A DNA stretch of 64,000 nucleotides from NCBI RefSeq assembly GCF_000143415.4, contig NW_003314352.1, forward strand, positions 687,282 through 751,281. The letters run 5' to 3'. Below, piece by piece: positions 49,040 through 61,569 of the stretch. Below the pieces are notes generated by a model that was not told the DNA's origin, made no database searches, and was given only the letters and a program-made list of their open reading frames with translations. Each line of letters begins with the position of its first letter. Within the stretch, counting starts at the first letter, position 1. Source of the stretch: Selaginella moellendorffii (taxonomy: Eukaryota > Plantae > Lycopodiophyta). The position numbers and the translations under genes are program-made.

Positions 49040-51880
49040 GCCCATTAGCAAGCTCCCATTCATATATAATGGCAACATCTTCTTTGAACTACCACCTCTT
49101 GTCAATTCAAAATAAAAAGGGATAGAGACCAAATAAGACATCCACAACTAGTGTAAGATTAAGATTATATATTTCCAGCATTTTGAAAGCACAATATCCA
49201 TGGTGGTGGGTATTTGGATTGTGTGAGTGAAGCATGCAATTAAGAGCATGGTTAAAACTCCATATTTTTTGAAGGATCTGTAATCAATCCTCCCATCTAT
49301 GACATCATTGGTATTAGATTCAAGTGCTAGTTTTCCAAGAATGTTTCATTGTGTCATACCATCTGTGGGGCCAAGATATACTACTTTCTTCCATGCAATA
49401 GAGAGGCTAGTAGAGTTGTAGTACATATTGGCACACACATCTAATGCAAAAAGGAATATAAAGGAGTTTAGTCAATTGTTTCAAAGATGCAGTGTAAATA
49501 GAGACTATAAGAAACTCATTTGCAACTCAAAAGCATATTCAAAAGATAATGCTAAAGGACTTTATTGCAAGCACCATACTCAATCTAAGCTTCAAAAAGA
49601 CTCAACTGGATGAGGTTAGCTTTCGGGAGTTACTACAATCCATGTAACTTGCAACTTGCCTCAAGAGGTAAGAAAATAATATTACATACTTTTCAATAAT
49701 ATCTCTCTTCCATTTTGTTTTATTTAGGATAAAATTTTAGATATATGAATCTCAAGAGGGAAAACTCTAATAAAAAATCGACTCTATCCTTGAACTAAAA
49801 TGGGCCTGTCCCTACGAATTTATCTATAAAATTTTATTTCTAGATCAAGTTGTTAGTGAGTAAGAGCGCCCCTTCGTCTTCAAAATATCTATATTGGCCC
49901 TGCTTCTGGTGTAGATCTTGTCTCCCAAATAGATATATTTGAGTCAAGTGACCTTGCTAATACATGGGTACATTTTGACTATATGAAGTAGATATTGAGT
50001 TGCACAACCATAGGAGCTTATGTGTATAATCCAAGATAGTTATTCTTTCTCATTGTCTTAAAATGGTTTTAAGCATTGCCCTTTTGATAGGCTATGTTTC
50101 AACTTGACAATTGCAACAACAGAGTTTAAAATACAAAACCAGAAGAAATATTTTGGAAGTCCCTCTTTGACATTGTACTGAAGTAAACTGATAAGCCTAC
50201 CAACTTTTGCAATTTCATGGTAGATAGAGCTGGGGCTAATTAGAAAGGTGTTGAGGCATTTTTTGAGAATGGTCAACCCCTAGAACGTCGTGAGAAGACT
50301 TATGAGTTCCATTGAGCTTAGAGCCTAAACCAACACTGCCATCTTATTAAGCCAGATTTTTAATTATCATTTAAAGAGTTATGCATACAATGGCATGTTG
50401 CACCTTTTGAAAAAGAGCATGAGGCAAATACAAATGAAATCTAAATGTAGTGCCATGAAGATGGCCATATGGATATAAGTTGTTACCACAACTTGAGTCA
50501 TGGTTGGGGTGGTGGGAAGTTAAGATGGTGGGAAGTTATGATATTCTAATAAGGATATCACTCTTTTTAGGGTGGTTTTTTTTTTCTTCTTTTTTTATTG
50601 CCTTTTAATATTATTTTTTTCATTATGACCAACCATTTGAGGATCTTGCATACACCATAACTATGAATCTGTCCAAGAGTAAGTATTGGAACTGGAATTC
50701 TTCTAAGGCATGGAAAGGGAGAATGACTTTATATGAAGAATGTCTATCGGATTTTATATGTGCTATAAAGCAGTCTTCAAAAGCTTTGGCATTTGAGGAA
50801 GGAAGATACATAGGAATAAGACTTTCAGTTGAGATGTCATACAATTAGATGAAGAAGAAAGTGACATTACCAACATAAATAGTGGCAATTGCAATAGAGG
50901 AAGTTGTCCATGGCACATCTATGGAGTACATTCCTTGGGCTTCTATTTGTGACATGAAGACTTTCTGCTCAAAACATCATTTTTTCTTTACTGATGAAGA
51001 AGTTGGTATGGATTTTAAAGTGAAAATCTCTCACAGGCTTGATGTTGAGTACTATTCTTTTTCAAAACACCACCCCTGAACCAGACCACTTCAAGTGGTT
51101 GATGAAAAGAGTGCATCATAATAGGTTAAAATTACTTACCGTAGTGTAGAGCCAAAGCAATATACAATCTATTAAGTGCCAACAAAATTCAATGTAAAGT
51201 GTATGGGAATGCTTCTAAAGGGCAAGTGTTGAGCTTGGATTCATGGTGATAAATCTACTTCTATTCCAACCCCATATTTCCATGGGGAACAAAAGCAAAT
51301 AGAATTCTCAAGATAGTGCTACCTGTATTGCTACAACACTGATGCCGGTTTGAAGACACTATAGTGATTAAACCTGATGTAATACCTAAAGAATGGCTCA
51401 TTGCTAATGGGGTCACACTCACCTTGGATGAGATTGAGAACCTTGATAAATCTTGTTTCAATATTGAGAGGAGAGTTGGAGATATGAGTGACAGAACCAA
51501 GATTGTTCCCATAGAGATGCATAGAAGGCCAACAAGAAAAGATAAGGTAGTTAAATTTATTGGTACCGTGTCCAAGCAGAAGTAGGGTAAAATAATCTTG
51601 GCTCAAATGCTTGAGTGTGAAGTACATCACTACGCTTGCAAAGAAGTACATAGTCGAAACATAAGGTGGAGAGTATACAATCATTATTCAAGATTTTTTT
51701 TCTTACACATATATAGACTTTATGAAGCGCGAGGAACATGGGAAGGCATATACTCCTTGTAAGCATATGTACTACATCTTTATCAACATCTTGCACAAGG
51801 ATCCTAAAATAGATATTCATATACATCAAGCAAGATTTACTATTGTTGAGTTGCAAAAGATTTTTGGAGCTAACTAGATT
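49040..51880 (+). pseudogene. Mutator-superfamily (MULE) transposase: GCM/WRKY-like Cys/His domain, DDE core and SWIM finger; hypermutated
   Basis: LPFIYNGNIFFELPP..GYLDCVSEAC..CGAKIYY..RVVVHIGTH (49040-49440); VFKIS..GPASGVDLV..WVHFD (49971); FMVDRAGAN* (50214); EKT(C>Y)EFH* (50292); MNLS(E>K)SK (50663); SWIM S(C>Y)T(C>Y)IDF..PCKHMYYIF (51700-51785). Confidence 0.8.
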
Positions 51881-52265
51881 TTCTAAGACTATTGAGGTTT
51901 ATTCTCTATCAATAATATAAACTTATTATACTTTATATAATTAATAAAAATAATTTTTTATTTCACTATGCAAGAAGCTTACATCAATAATTTTTTTCCT
52001 TTTAAATGGTTATATGGCTTTATATAGAATCTTATTTCAAATTTAATAATTTTTAAATTCTGACTAATATGACATTTACTACCCAAAAAGCACCAAGTAC
52101 AAATTTAAAGAAGTAACAAGGATATGTTTTCTACAAACATCTTAATTTATATTCTAACAAATATCCCTATTATAGCATATAGTGAATATTTAAATTGTTA
52201 GAATAAAAAGTGTCCTTTAGAACATTTTTTATCTATATAATATGTAAAGAGTTGGGAAATTATTA

Positions 52266-52669
52266 GATTCACCATAACATTAATATTTTTAAGTTTATAA
52301 TGTTCATACTAAATTGTAATTAAAAATTTAGCTCAACTTGTGAGCTCAACTCTTTAGCTAGTGAATTCAAGAGTGGTTTACACTCCAGTTGAAGCAAATT
52401 GGACATGCCAAATGTCAATTGACATGTCCCCCAAACTAATTAACAAAGTTAGACTTAAAATCACTCTGATATTAAATGTAAACTTTTGAGTTTAGACTTC
52501 CCAGGAGGCTATCCAACCCAGTATTATTCAAACCCAAGGACACTTAACTATGTATTTCAAGACCTTTAACCGATTAAAAAAGAGGGTGCACTTTTATTCA
52601 TGGGCCCTTTCCCTCTATATTTGAACTTATATATATTATCTTTTGAGTTGTTTTCTTTAGTTATTTATA
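52266..52669 (-). mobile_element. Old truncated Cassandra (internal region plus one LTR, 52477-52669)
   Basis: LTR homologous to 5926-6121 with many C>T/G>A changes; decayed PBS ctctgatatta and internal similarity to 5721-5925. Confidence 0.8.
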
Positions 52670-52679
52670 ATAGGGAGAA

Positions 52680-55600
52680 AGCTAGAGGCCCAACTCCTCT
52701 GAGAAAAAAATCAACTTTGTCAGGAAGATCTAAACAACTATTATAAATTGGCAGATTAAGTTGTTTACATGACTATACCCATTTTGAAAAATGAGTTATC
52801 AAAGGAGAGGCAGAGACTTATAATCAATCTATAATAGTTATCACTATGGTTATGGATTGAATCCATGCACTGAAGTGCCAAAATCAGCCTGCCAAAACTA
52901 ACTCAAACCCAAAGATTAAAAGATGGACAATATTAAAGTCAAAGATAATGATATCTTAGAGATGTAGTTATCAGTGAATAAATTTTAGATTAGAACACAA
53001 AAGTAATCCAAGTAATATATCATCTAATAAACCAGTATTAGAGTATAAAAACCACCAAGATTATCATTATTGGAAAACATAGGATTCACCATCCAACAAA
53101 ATTCAATAGCAAATGTACCATCAAGAACACTCAATGATAAAACTTAATTATAAAAGATTTTAGATAGTATACCAAACAACTTACAAAAAGTAACTAAGAA
53201 AACACAAAGTATCATTGATAGATAAGTAAAATGCTCGCGAATGGATCACTGGAAGGAAATAACATCTTAATCTATCAAAACCAACTCGAGCAACCATCAA
53301 TAAAATAGAATGAATATTGCAAAGCAAACAAACACTCACTTTTGCCAACTATTGCACTAACAAATTTGAATAGATCTCAGTCAATAATACAAAAAAATTT
53401 AAGTTGCTTAAATAAGCGTCACCAACATCCTATTGATATCTCAAAGTTAAGAGACCAATCTAGACCAAATCACAAAAAATATAAAATAATATGAAAAACT
53501 ATAAGCCATTAAAAATAATTAATTATCGTGAAAGATCATTAATCATCTTATGAATAAAGAGATGCATAATCATCGTCGAAGAATCCACTATCCTGAAAAA
53601 CAAATCATTCTACATAAAAAATAATCAAGCAAAATCTTTGACAAGGATAATCAATTATTCTAGATGATAATTAATCATCACAAATAATTGCTAGATGCAA
53701 ATACTAATTTCAACATCAAAGCTAATGAGCCAAAATACCTTCCTCAATACCTTCTAACAAATGGAGTAATGAGTATAAAATTCAAAGAACCAAAAGCTCA
53801 AAAAAGCTATAGCCAAGTTTCACTTAACAATGATCATAAGTTTTATATGAAATAATGTTAATTCTAAGGAAGAAATCATAGTATAACCTACAATATCCTC
53901 CTCAAAAGTCTATATGCTAAACTTCATAATACAAAAACTAATAAAGAGAATATTTACATCAATCCAAATGCTCAAGGATGAGATGCAAAAGAGTAAAGAC
54001 TTGGTCAAGGCTTTGGAGGCAGTGTTCCTGACGATAGACAATATCAAAGTTATAGACAATGATATCTTAAAGACTTAATTATCAATGAATATATATTAGA
54101 TTAAAATATGAAAGTATTCCAAGTAAGTTATCATCTGATAAACTAGTATTATAGTATAGGAACCACCAAGATCACTATAGTTGGAAAACATAGGATTCAC
54201 CATCCAACAAAATGCAATAACAAGTGCATTATCAAGAATACTCAATGATAAAACTTAACTATTGAAAATTGTAGATAGTATGCCAAACAACTTACCAAAG
54301 ATAACTCAAAGAACACAAAGTATCATTAACCAACATGCACAATACTCACAATTATACCACCCAAAGGAAATAACATTTGAATCTATCAGAACTAACTCGA
54401 GCAACAATCAACAGAATAGAATGAATGTGGTAAGACCAACAAACATTTGTTCATGCTAAATATCACACTAGCCAAACTCAATAGATCCCGATCAACAATA
54501 CGAAGGAACTCAAGTTGCTTAAGCAAGTGTTAACAACATTCTATTGATGTCTCAAACCTAAAAGACCAATCCAGAGCAAACCACAAAGAACATGTGGTAA
54601 TGCAAAAAGCCAAAAGCTATCAAAGAGAACAACTAACTATTAGAAAAGATTATTAATCATCCCATCATTAGAGAGATGCATAATCATTGTCGAAAAAGGA
54701 ATCGACCATCACAAAGAATGGCAAATCATTCTATATCAACAACAATCAAGCAAAACCTTGACAAGGATAATCAACTATCTTAAGATGATAGTCAATCATC
54801 ACTAATGATTACTAGATATAAAAGTCAACTTCCACATCGAAGCTAACAAGCTAGAATGCCTTCCTCAACAACTTCAAACAAATGAATCATAAGTATGAAA
54901 ATTCAAGGAACCAAAAGCTCGAAGAAGTTTATAGCTAAGTCGTGCCTAACAATGATCACGAGTTTCACATGAACTAACTTAAATGTTAAAGAAGAAATCA
55001 TGGTACAACCATTAATATCCTTCTCAACACATCCATAAGTTAAACTTCATAATGCAAAGCTAATGAAGAGCATGTTTGCATCAATCCAAAAACCAAGCAC
55101 AACGAAGTTATGCTCAACAAGTGATCATCTAAACAATCTTCCATGAATCCATCTATAGCAAGATGTAACTCATTTCATAACAAACACAAGAAGAATCATC
55201 AATGATTAATATATCCCGAACTCAAATCCAATAAAGACTCAAACATTTCAATATCGATCACTAATTCTCCCTCTCATAAAGCTAGTATAGTCCATGACTA
55301 AATCACTTTTCAAGGAAAAATTCAAAGCACAACCCCTATTAAACAATCTTGTTTAGAACACAACTAATTCAAACTTGCCACTCACTTCATTTGAACGTCA
55401 ATACAGTTGCTAATTAGCAAATGCACGAATGGCAACAACACAAAGCTAAAACCTTAACACTATTTGTATCGAGACCAATGAAACTCAATATTAATCCTAC
55501 TAAGAGATATCTCATCTCACTTAAATCCCAATAACAATAATGTCAATGACAAGGCATTACTTCAATGCTATTAACATCAGAAGAAAGCTAAAAGAAAGCA

Positions 55601-58600
55601 AGAGTGAATCACCACTCAAAGTTCTCTACTAACTAAGTTAGCCAAAGTCGAAGATATTTTACTCAGTATCCAAGACCAATCCTCCAACATTACTCAATTA
55701 CAGATAACACATCATCAAGGAGTGATTCACCACATCCGAGACTCAATGAAATCTAACATTTCAAACTAAATGCAACCAAATGATATCGACAGAAGTAGAG
55801 TCAACATGCTAACATGGAAAACCCATGTAAATCTAACAACACAATCCTCCGCAACACCATCTGGTTAAGCAAACCTATCACTAATAAATCTTTTTTGAGT
55901 GAATTAAGTGTTAAATAGTCCTTGACAAAGTCTACAAGCAATCATTAGTTGCCAAGCAACTAACAATCACTCTTTCAACTTGCCTTCATAAGACCTAAAC
56001 ACTAAATTCATATTATCAAGTCATACACTTGTCCAACATGAATGTAATACCCTAGGTACGAGATAAAGGTTCATGGATAAGCACAAACTAAATGACCACT
56101 CGAATCCAACTCAACCGCAATAAACTCATCAACACATCTAACCAATAACTTTAAGCATGCCTTGAAGAGGCTAGCTATGCATGATCAACACTCAGCCGAA
56201 ACTAAAGTGAAGACCATGAGATGGACTCATATTGTTACACAACTTCCTAATAGACAAAGTTATAGTACAGGTACCAATATTTCAACTTCAAACAACTAAG
56301 TTGGACATCACCATCTTTAGCCAAGGTGCAACCAAGACTAAGTCAAGATTAGTGAGAGCTCACTACTCTCATAGAGTTTAATGAAATGCAAAGTGCAATC
56401 TGTTACCAAGCACAACACTACAGAAGAAAGGCACAAGGGTCACCCTTCTTAGAAAAGTGCAATAGCCACTTTTCTACACTAACTCTAGACTGTATTCAAC
56501 TCAATTGTTTTAGCCCCAAAAGTTAGCATCCCTTTTGGGCCGCATAATAAAAACTACCTACTAAGGTTTAAGTCAACTGAAGTTGACTCCAACCCTTTCA
56601 CTAGCTTGTACTGGCTTACGAAAAAGGAATGATTTTCAAGCAAAGTAATTAACAAATCAGCCATTGGAAAAGTCTATGAAAATTTATGGAAATTTTCCAT
56701 CCTAGAAAAAGAATGTCTCTAAGTCTAGAAATACAAACTAATTAACACAAATTTTTGAGATCTATAGTATGTTAAGCATCGAACATCTTTGCCCATTTTT
56801 TCGACATCCAACACCAACATCCCCAAAATGCAAAATGAACATCTAATGCTTGATCACAAAGACTATATCTACGGATATCCACATTGCATTAACATTGCAT
56901 TAGATCCAATGTGAAGCCAAAACACTAACAAAAAAAATGATATGGAAAATCAAGGTTTAAGGAAAATTCCTCATCACTCGAAATAACAATACCACTTCCA
57001 CTAACACAAGTGCTAGTGATGTCAATGCCTCAACTATACACCTTCTCCATCTAACAATCTACTCCAAGTGCTAATGGATCAATTGACAAGCTATAGTAAA
57101 TGAATGTTATAACACTTTCCAATACCTTATAGGCAACCTCCTAGGAAACAAAGAATCAACTTAAGTTTAGCATAATGGTTCAGCATTGAGAACTTAGTTA
57201 AAGCTACTTCAATGTTACTATATGCAAGTAGATTAGCTTCACTATCAACCACTTTTAGGGTTGATTATCGTTTAACCAAGCAACTTCGTAAACACATTGC
57301 TCACTATCACATGGATATGATATAAAATCATGATGACTTAATCATCAATCAAGCAACACCACGAGCAATGACTATGTCACTACTACAAAGGTTTAAGTGA
57401 GTATCAAGTGCTAACTCTATTCGAAAAAATGCTATATAAATGCCACACTCCATCGATAGAGATTTACAACACCCAACACCACTAACTTTTGTTCACAACA
57501 TAGTCAAGCTTATGCCACCCTCTTTCTGACCAAACTCAAAACTTATCCAACACCAAACTACTCAAGGAGTAATAGCAAGGTTCCCTGGAAAAGAATTGAG
57601 CATTGTAACCCAAGTTTTCAATAGTAAGCTTAGACAAAATGGTATAGCGCTTCACCACTATCCATCCCATGACTCACCATTTTTAAGACTATTATAAATA
57701 ACATACATCAAGATAGGGACTCTTGATTGCATGATGTGAATACGAGTAATGAGTTAACACCTTGTTGCAAATCATCTCTTCAAGAGGAGAAAATAATTTA
57801 TGTGTTTGATCCTTCATCCCTAGTGACTCTCTTTTCGGTCTCAACCCTGACTAAACCTCAAACTTGTATTCACACTACCTTCAGTCCAATCCAAGAAAAG
57901 TTTATGAGAGAGCATAGCAATGACTACTTGAATCAATAGACTTATTTCTCCGATCTTGATTGATCCACTTATAATCACACTTAGGAAGGATCCACTAGTG
58001 CCGTGCTAAATAGTTACGGACCAGCCTATTTGCCACTCATAGCAAACTTAGGGGAGGTTTACTTTCACCCATGGTACAAGGAACAACTCATGGAACCAAC
58101 GAAATCCTACCAACTCAAAGTGTAACCTTGAGTTGCTAATGTGCCTCACTCACAAGCCCAAGCGAAAATTTGTGCAAATGGAATATCTCACATCCATCTT
58201 ATGAGCCCAAGAGCAAGCTCACATAATATTATACAAAAAGGTAACCAAAATCCATACTCAAGGAATGAATGCAAAGCCTTTGCACCCAAACGTGTACCCA
58301 CTCAGATTATCGTTTCATCTCTGCGTATGCAATAAGACTAGTTGCCCAATCTCATTGGATAGTACTCGCCAAGACTCATCCTCTAATACCAAATGTAGCG
58401 CATGTAGTTTTTACCCTTTATTCTATGGTGATTTACCATAGGATAACCATGGAGCGGAACCTAAACCCTGTGACATATGCCACGTGTCCAAAGGATAGTT
58501 GTGTGGAACCCGAGTTTCAGGGCTTTGGGCCACCGAATGAACGAACGGTGCCAAACTCCCGCCAAGGAGCAATGGCACTGGAGCATGGAATGACTCCTAA

Positions 58601-58610
58601 TATACATTTG
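52680..58610 (-). mobile_element. Very old Ty3/Gypsy internal region with Met PBS and partial LTR (family D, from 58394)
   Basis: Reverse-complement PBS ctctaatacca directly before tgtagcg at 58394; residual integrase-like text on the minus strand at ~54180-54330; no intact ORF. Confidence 0.55.
52922..55090. repeat. Diverged tandem duplication, period ~1.11 kb (52922-53970 and 54033-55090)
   Basis: Shared blocks, e.g. ttggaaaacataggattcaccatccaacaaaat at ~53070 and 54181; gacaaggataatcaa at ~53640 and ~54760. Confidence 0.85.
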
Positions 58611-58637
58611 AAGAAGACTATCATCTAGATGGCAATA

Positions 58638-59830
58638 TGTTAAGTGCCAGCTTTGACCATGTGGTCAACGTGGGCTCAAGGGTATATTAAGACATGTTAA
58701 TGCAATGGAGCTTTTGAGGTAGTTTGGGGGTGGTGAAGAACCTCAAGAGAAGGCATAGCATAATCTTTTATTTTTTAGTGCTAGGTCATAACATTGATAT
58801 TAGAGGGGTTGGTTGTGATGGTCAACCAAAATGAATGCTAAAATTCTAGTGTCAATAGTGGTGTTGATGGAATAGTGGAGGTTTGAATTATTCAAAATGT
58901 TCTTCATGAGCTATGAACCCTTAATCAAAATCAATAAGAGATGTAAGACAAGATGCATGGCATGATAGATATCAGGCATGTTAAGGTACTCAATACTAGA
59001 TATGGCGGTACTCCATGTAAAACTTCCTTGGTGGATCAATTTAAAATTCCAACATTTTTTAGTGATGGTGGTGTGGATGAGTGTTTGGCTTGGCTAGTTA
59101 ATATGAAAAAGTTTTTAGTTGCTAAAGGAACTCTAGATGTAAAGGCATTAGTGGATATTCTAATGGTTTTGCATGATGTGGGTCTTTGGTGGTGGAATTG
59201 GTTTGAGGAATCTCATGTTGTAAATAAAAAATCACTAATGTTTACCATGGATGAGTTTAAAGTTGTTTTCCCTTTATGTTTTGCCCCTCACTATAATGTG
59301 GAGAATGCTCGCACAAAATTTTGGCATTTCCAGCAAGGGATAATGATGCTCATGGATTATATTGAGAAGTTTACTCATTTAATTAGCCGTATTTCAACAA
59401 AAAATCAAAATCAGAATAAATCTTACTTCATTAATGGCTTTCATAATAAAAGCATGTAACAACACTTGTGCCATTTTTAGCCTACAAAAAGTTTGAAGGA
59501 GTTATTTAATATAGTTTGTCAACTTGACAATGACAAGCACAATTCTCACAAGCATTTAAGAAGTCCTTCTATAAAAAATTGTCATGATGATCCCTGTGGA
59601 CACAAAAATGGGAAAAAATATCATAAGCTAAAATTTATAATGGCTACTTCGGATACAAAAGGGTCAAAGAAGTAAAAGTTCTTTATAAAGAATTATAGAT
59701 AAAGTTGTCATTATTGTGGTGAACTTAACATTATAAAGCTGATTGTCCATAGCTAAAGAACAAGCAACAGAGCAAAAAAAATGGCCAATCTTCTATTGAT
59801 GGTAATTTAGATACTAAAAAGTTGTAAATT
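58638..59830 (+). mobile_element. Truncated Gypsy 5' end: short LTR-like piece, decayed Met PBS and gag
   Basis: tgttaag..cataaca then ttgatattagag; ORF 58953-59459 (IPTF..WL..LWWW..F..FQQG..DYIEKF..FINGF); zinc knuckle CHYCGEL.HYKADC at ~59706-59750. Confidence 0.75.
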
Positions 59831-60499
59831 TTGTAATATGAAGATGACAAGGAAGACTAATCTGGGTGGAGGGAGAAGCTTTTAATTGCTTGTCAATTCA
59901 ACTGTGTGTGAAACAAAATGGAACTCAAGGACATTCTTGCATTAACTTTAATGCTAAAGAGGTGGGGATTGAGAAAGAAAACTTAAGAATCTGTGAAAAG
60001 ATAGTAATACACTATTATTTATGTAGTGAGTAATTGAAACCAAGTAAAACTAAATAAGAGTTAGTACAATAAAAGTAAACTTTAAATTTAACTATGGCCA
60101 AAGTAAAAGTAAACTAGCAAATTAGAAAAGAAAGATTTGTGGCTTATGAATTCTTCTTGGATTTTGTGAATTGAATTTCTTAGTTTTATAAAAATTTAAA
60201 AGTTTACTCTAGATCCATGCATATAACATTAACTTTAAAATATAAATATTGAAAAAAATACTTTAAAAATACTCATTTCCTTACTTTGAAAACCATAATA
60301 AAGATTCACTTTGAAATCTTTATTATATACTTAAAATAGACATGGGCACCTTAACTCCCCTTTAGAAAGAATAGATGATTAATAAGCTTTCAAGTGGAGC
60401 ACCATTTTATTTAAGCCAAAGGCACTACAATCTATTTTTCTTTCAGGAAAGGAAGTTGTTTTTGAGCACTTTCTTGAGAGGTCTCCTTGGAACTCCTCA

Positions 60500-61230
60500 A
60501 GTTAGTACTCACTAAGCCTCAATCCCAACCCCAACATGTTTCCAAGACCACTTGAATCAATCCCACTGGGGCATCATCAACAAGCAGCTAAACACCTCAA
60601 ACTTGACAATGACTTCCACTCCAAAGTTCACTTTCAGCATAAATGGTCATCTTGCCTTTTTCAATCTTGAAGGAACTTCCTAGAGGTGCTTTTGAGTTAG
60701 AGTTCAATACCCTGCCTGTTCATGCTAAGCCAGTATTTTCCAGCGACCAAACTCGTATTTCCACGTTCTTGTCCAGGAAGGAGAGTATCTGTTGGAACGT
60801 CAAAACTTTGCCAAATCCTGTCTGAGCTACGGTCGGCAGGCGAAAGTTGCAAGTTTCTTCCAAGAACGCGGTGGTGATAGAGCAATTCTCACAGTGGACA
60901 GGTCATATTGTCATGGAATTGTCTGTAACAATGAGTCCGGTTCCTTTAAGCTCGAGCTCTCCAGATTTGCCTACATTGATCTTCAGTTTCTCAGTCATGC
61001 TACCGTTCTTGATGAGCGCTTCAGTGGCCTCCCATACTACTGTTCCTGTGCTTGAAGCCAAGCTCATCGCTTGTGTGGAATCCAAATGCAAAAGTGTTGT
61101 TAAAGCTTGTCTCCCAGTCCAATCCCCTTGCAATTCAGGACCAGGAGCATCAGTAGAACTAGCGTCATTAGTTTTGCCACCATCAGGCAAAAACTTCTTG
61201 TTCTTTCTCCTGCAAATGAAACTCACTAAA
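60500..61230 (-). pseudogene. Possible disrupted gene exon of unknown function
   Basis: Coding-like minus-strand stretch (ORF 60903-61226) beginning at a tttgcag acceptor; stops downstream. Confidence 0.3.
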
Positions 61231-61569
61231 GTATTTGAGTTTTACTTGGTCGATGTCAACTATAAGATATCCTCCATGATTTTTCATATCCTTCTGATTT
61301 TTGCTACGAATTCATGGCATTAAAAACAATTGAAAAACAACTGATCATACCTCACAAGAACTTCTTGTGTTTCTAACATAATAGTAGTATACTTAGAAAG
61401 AGTATCCTTAGCAAAGTTAACCTGAAAGTAGATGACTTTCACAGCGATTGACTTGGGCTTTGATCAATTCAATCCAGGAACATAACTCCAACGAAATAAT
61501 CACATAGCTTAAAACGACAGAATTGCAAAAAAGAAGAAAAACTTAGTGAGAGCAAGCTTTGGAGAAACC

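Noticed and set aside
40400-52260. Terminal inverted repeats and TSD for the proposed MULE-MTase element
   Set aside because: No convincing TIR pair found in the AT-rich flanks; boundaries remain undefined
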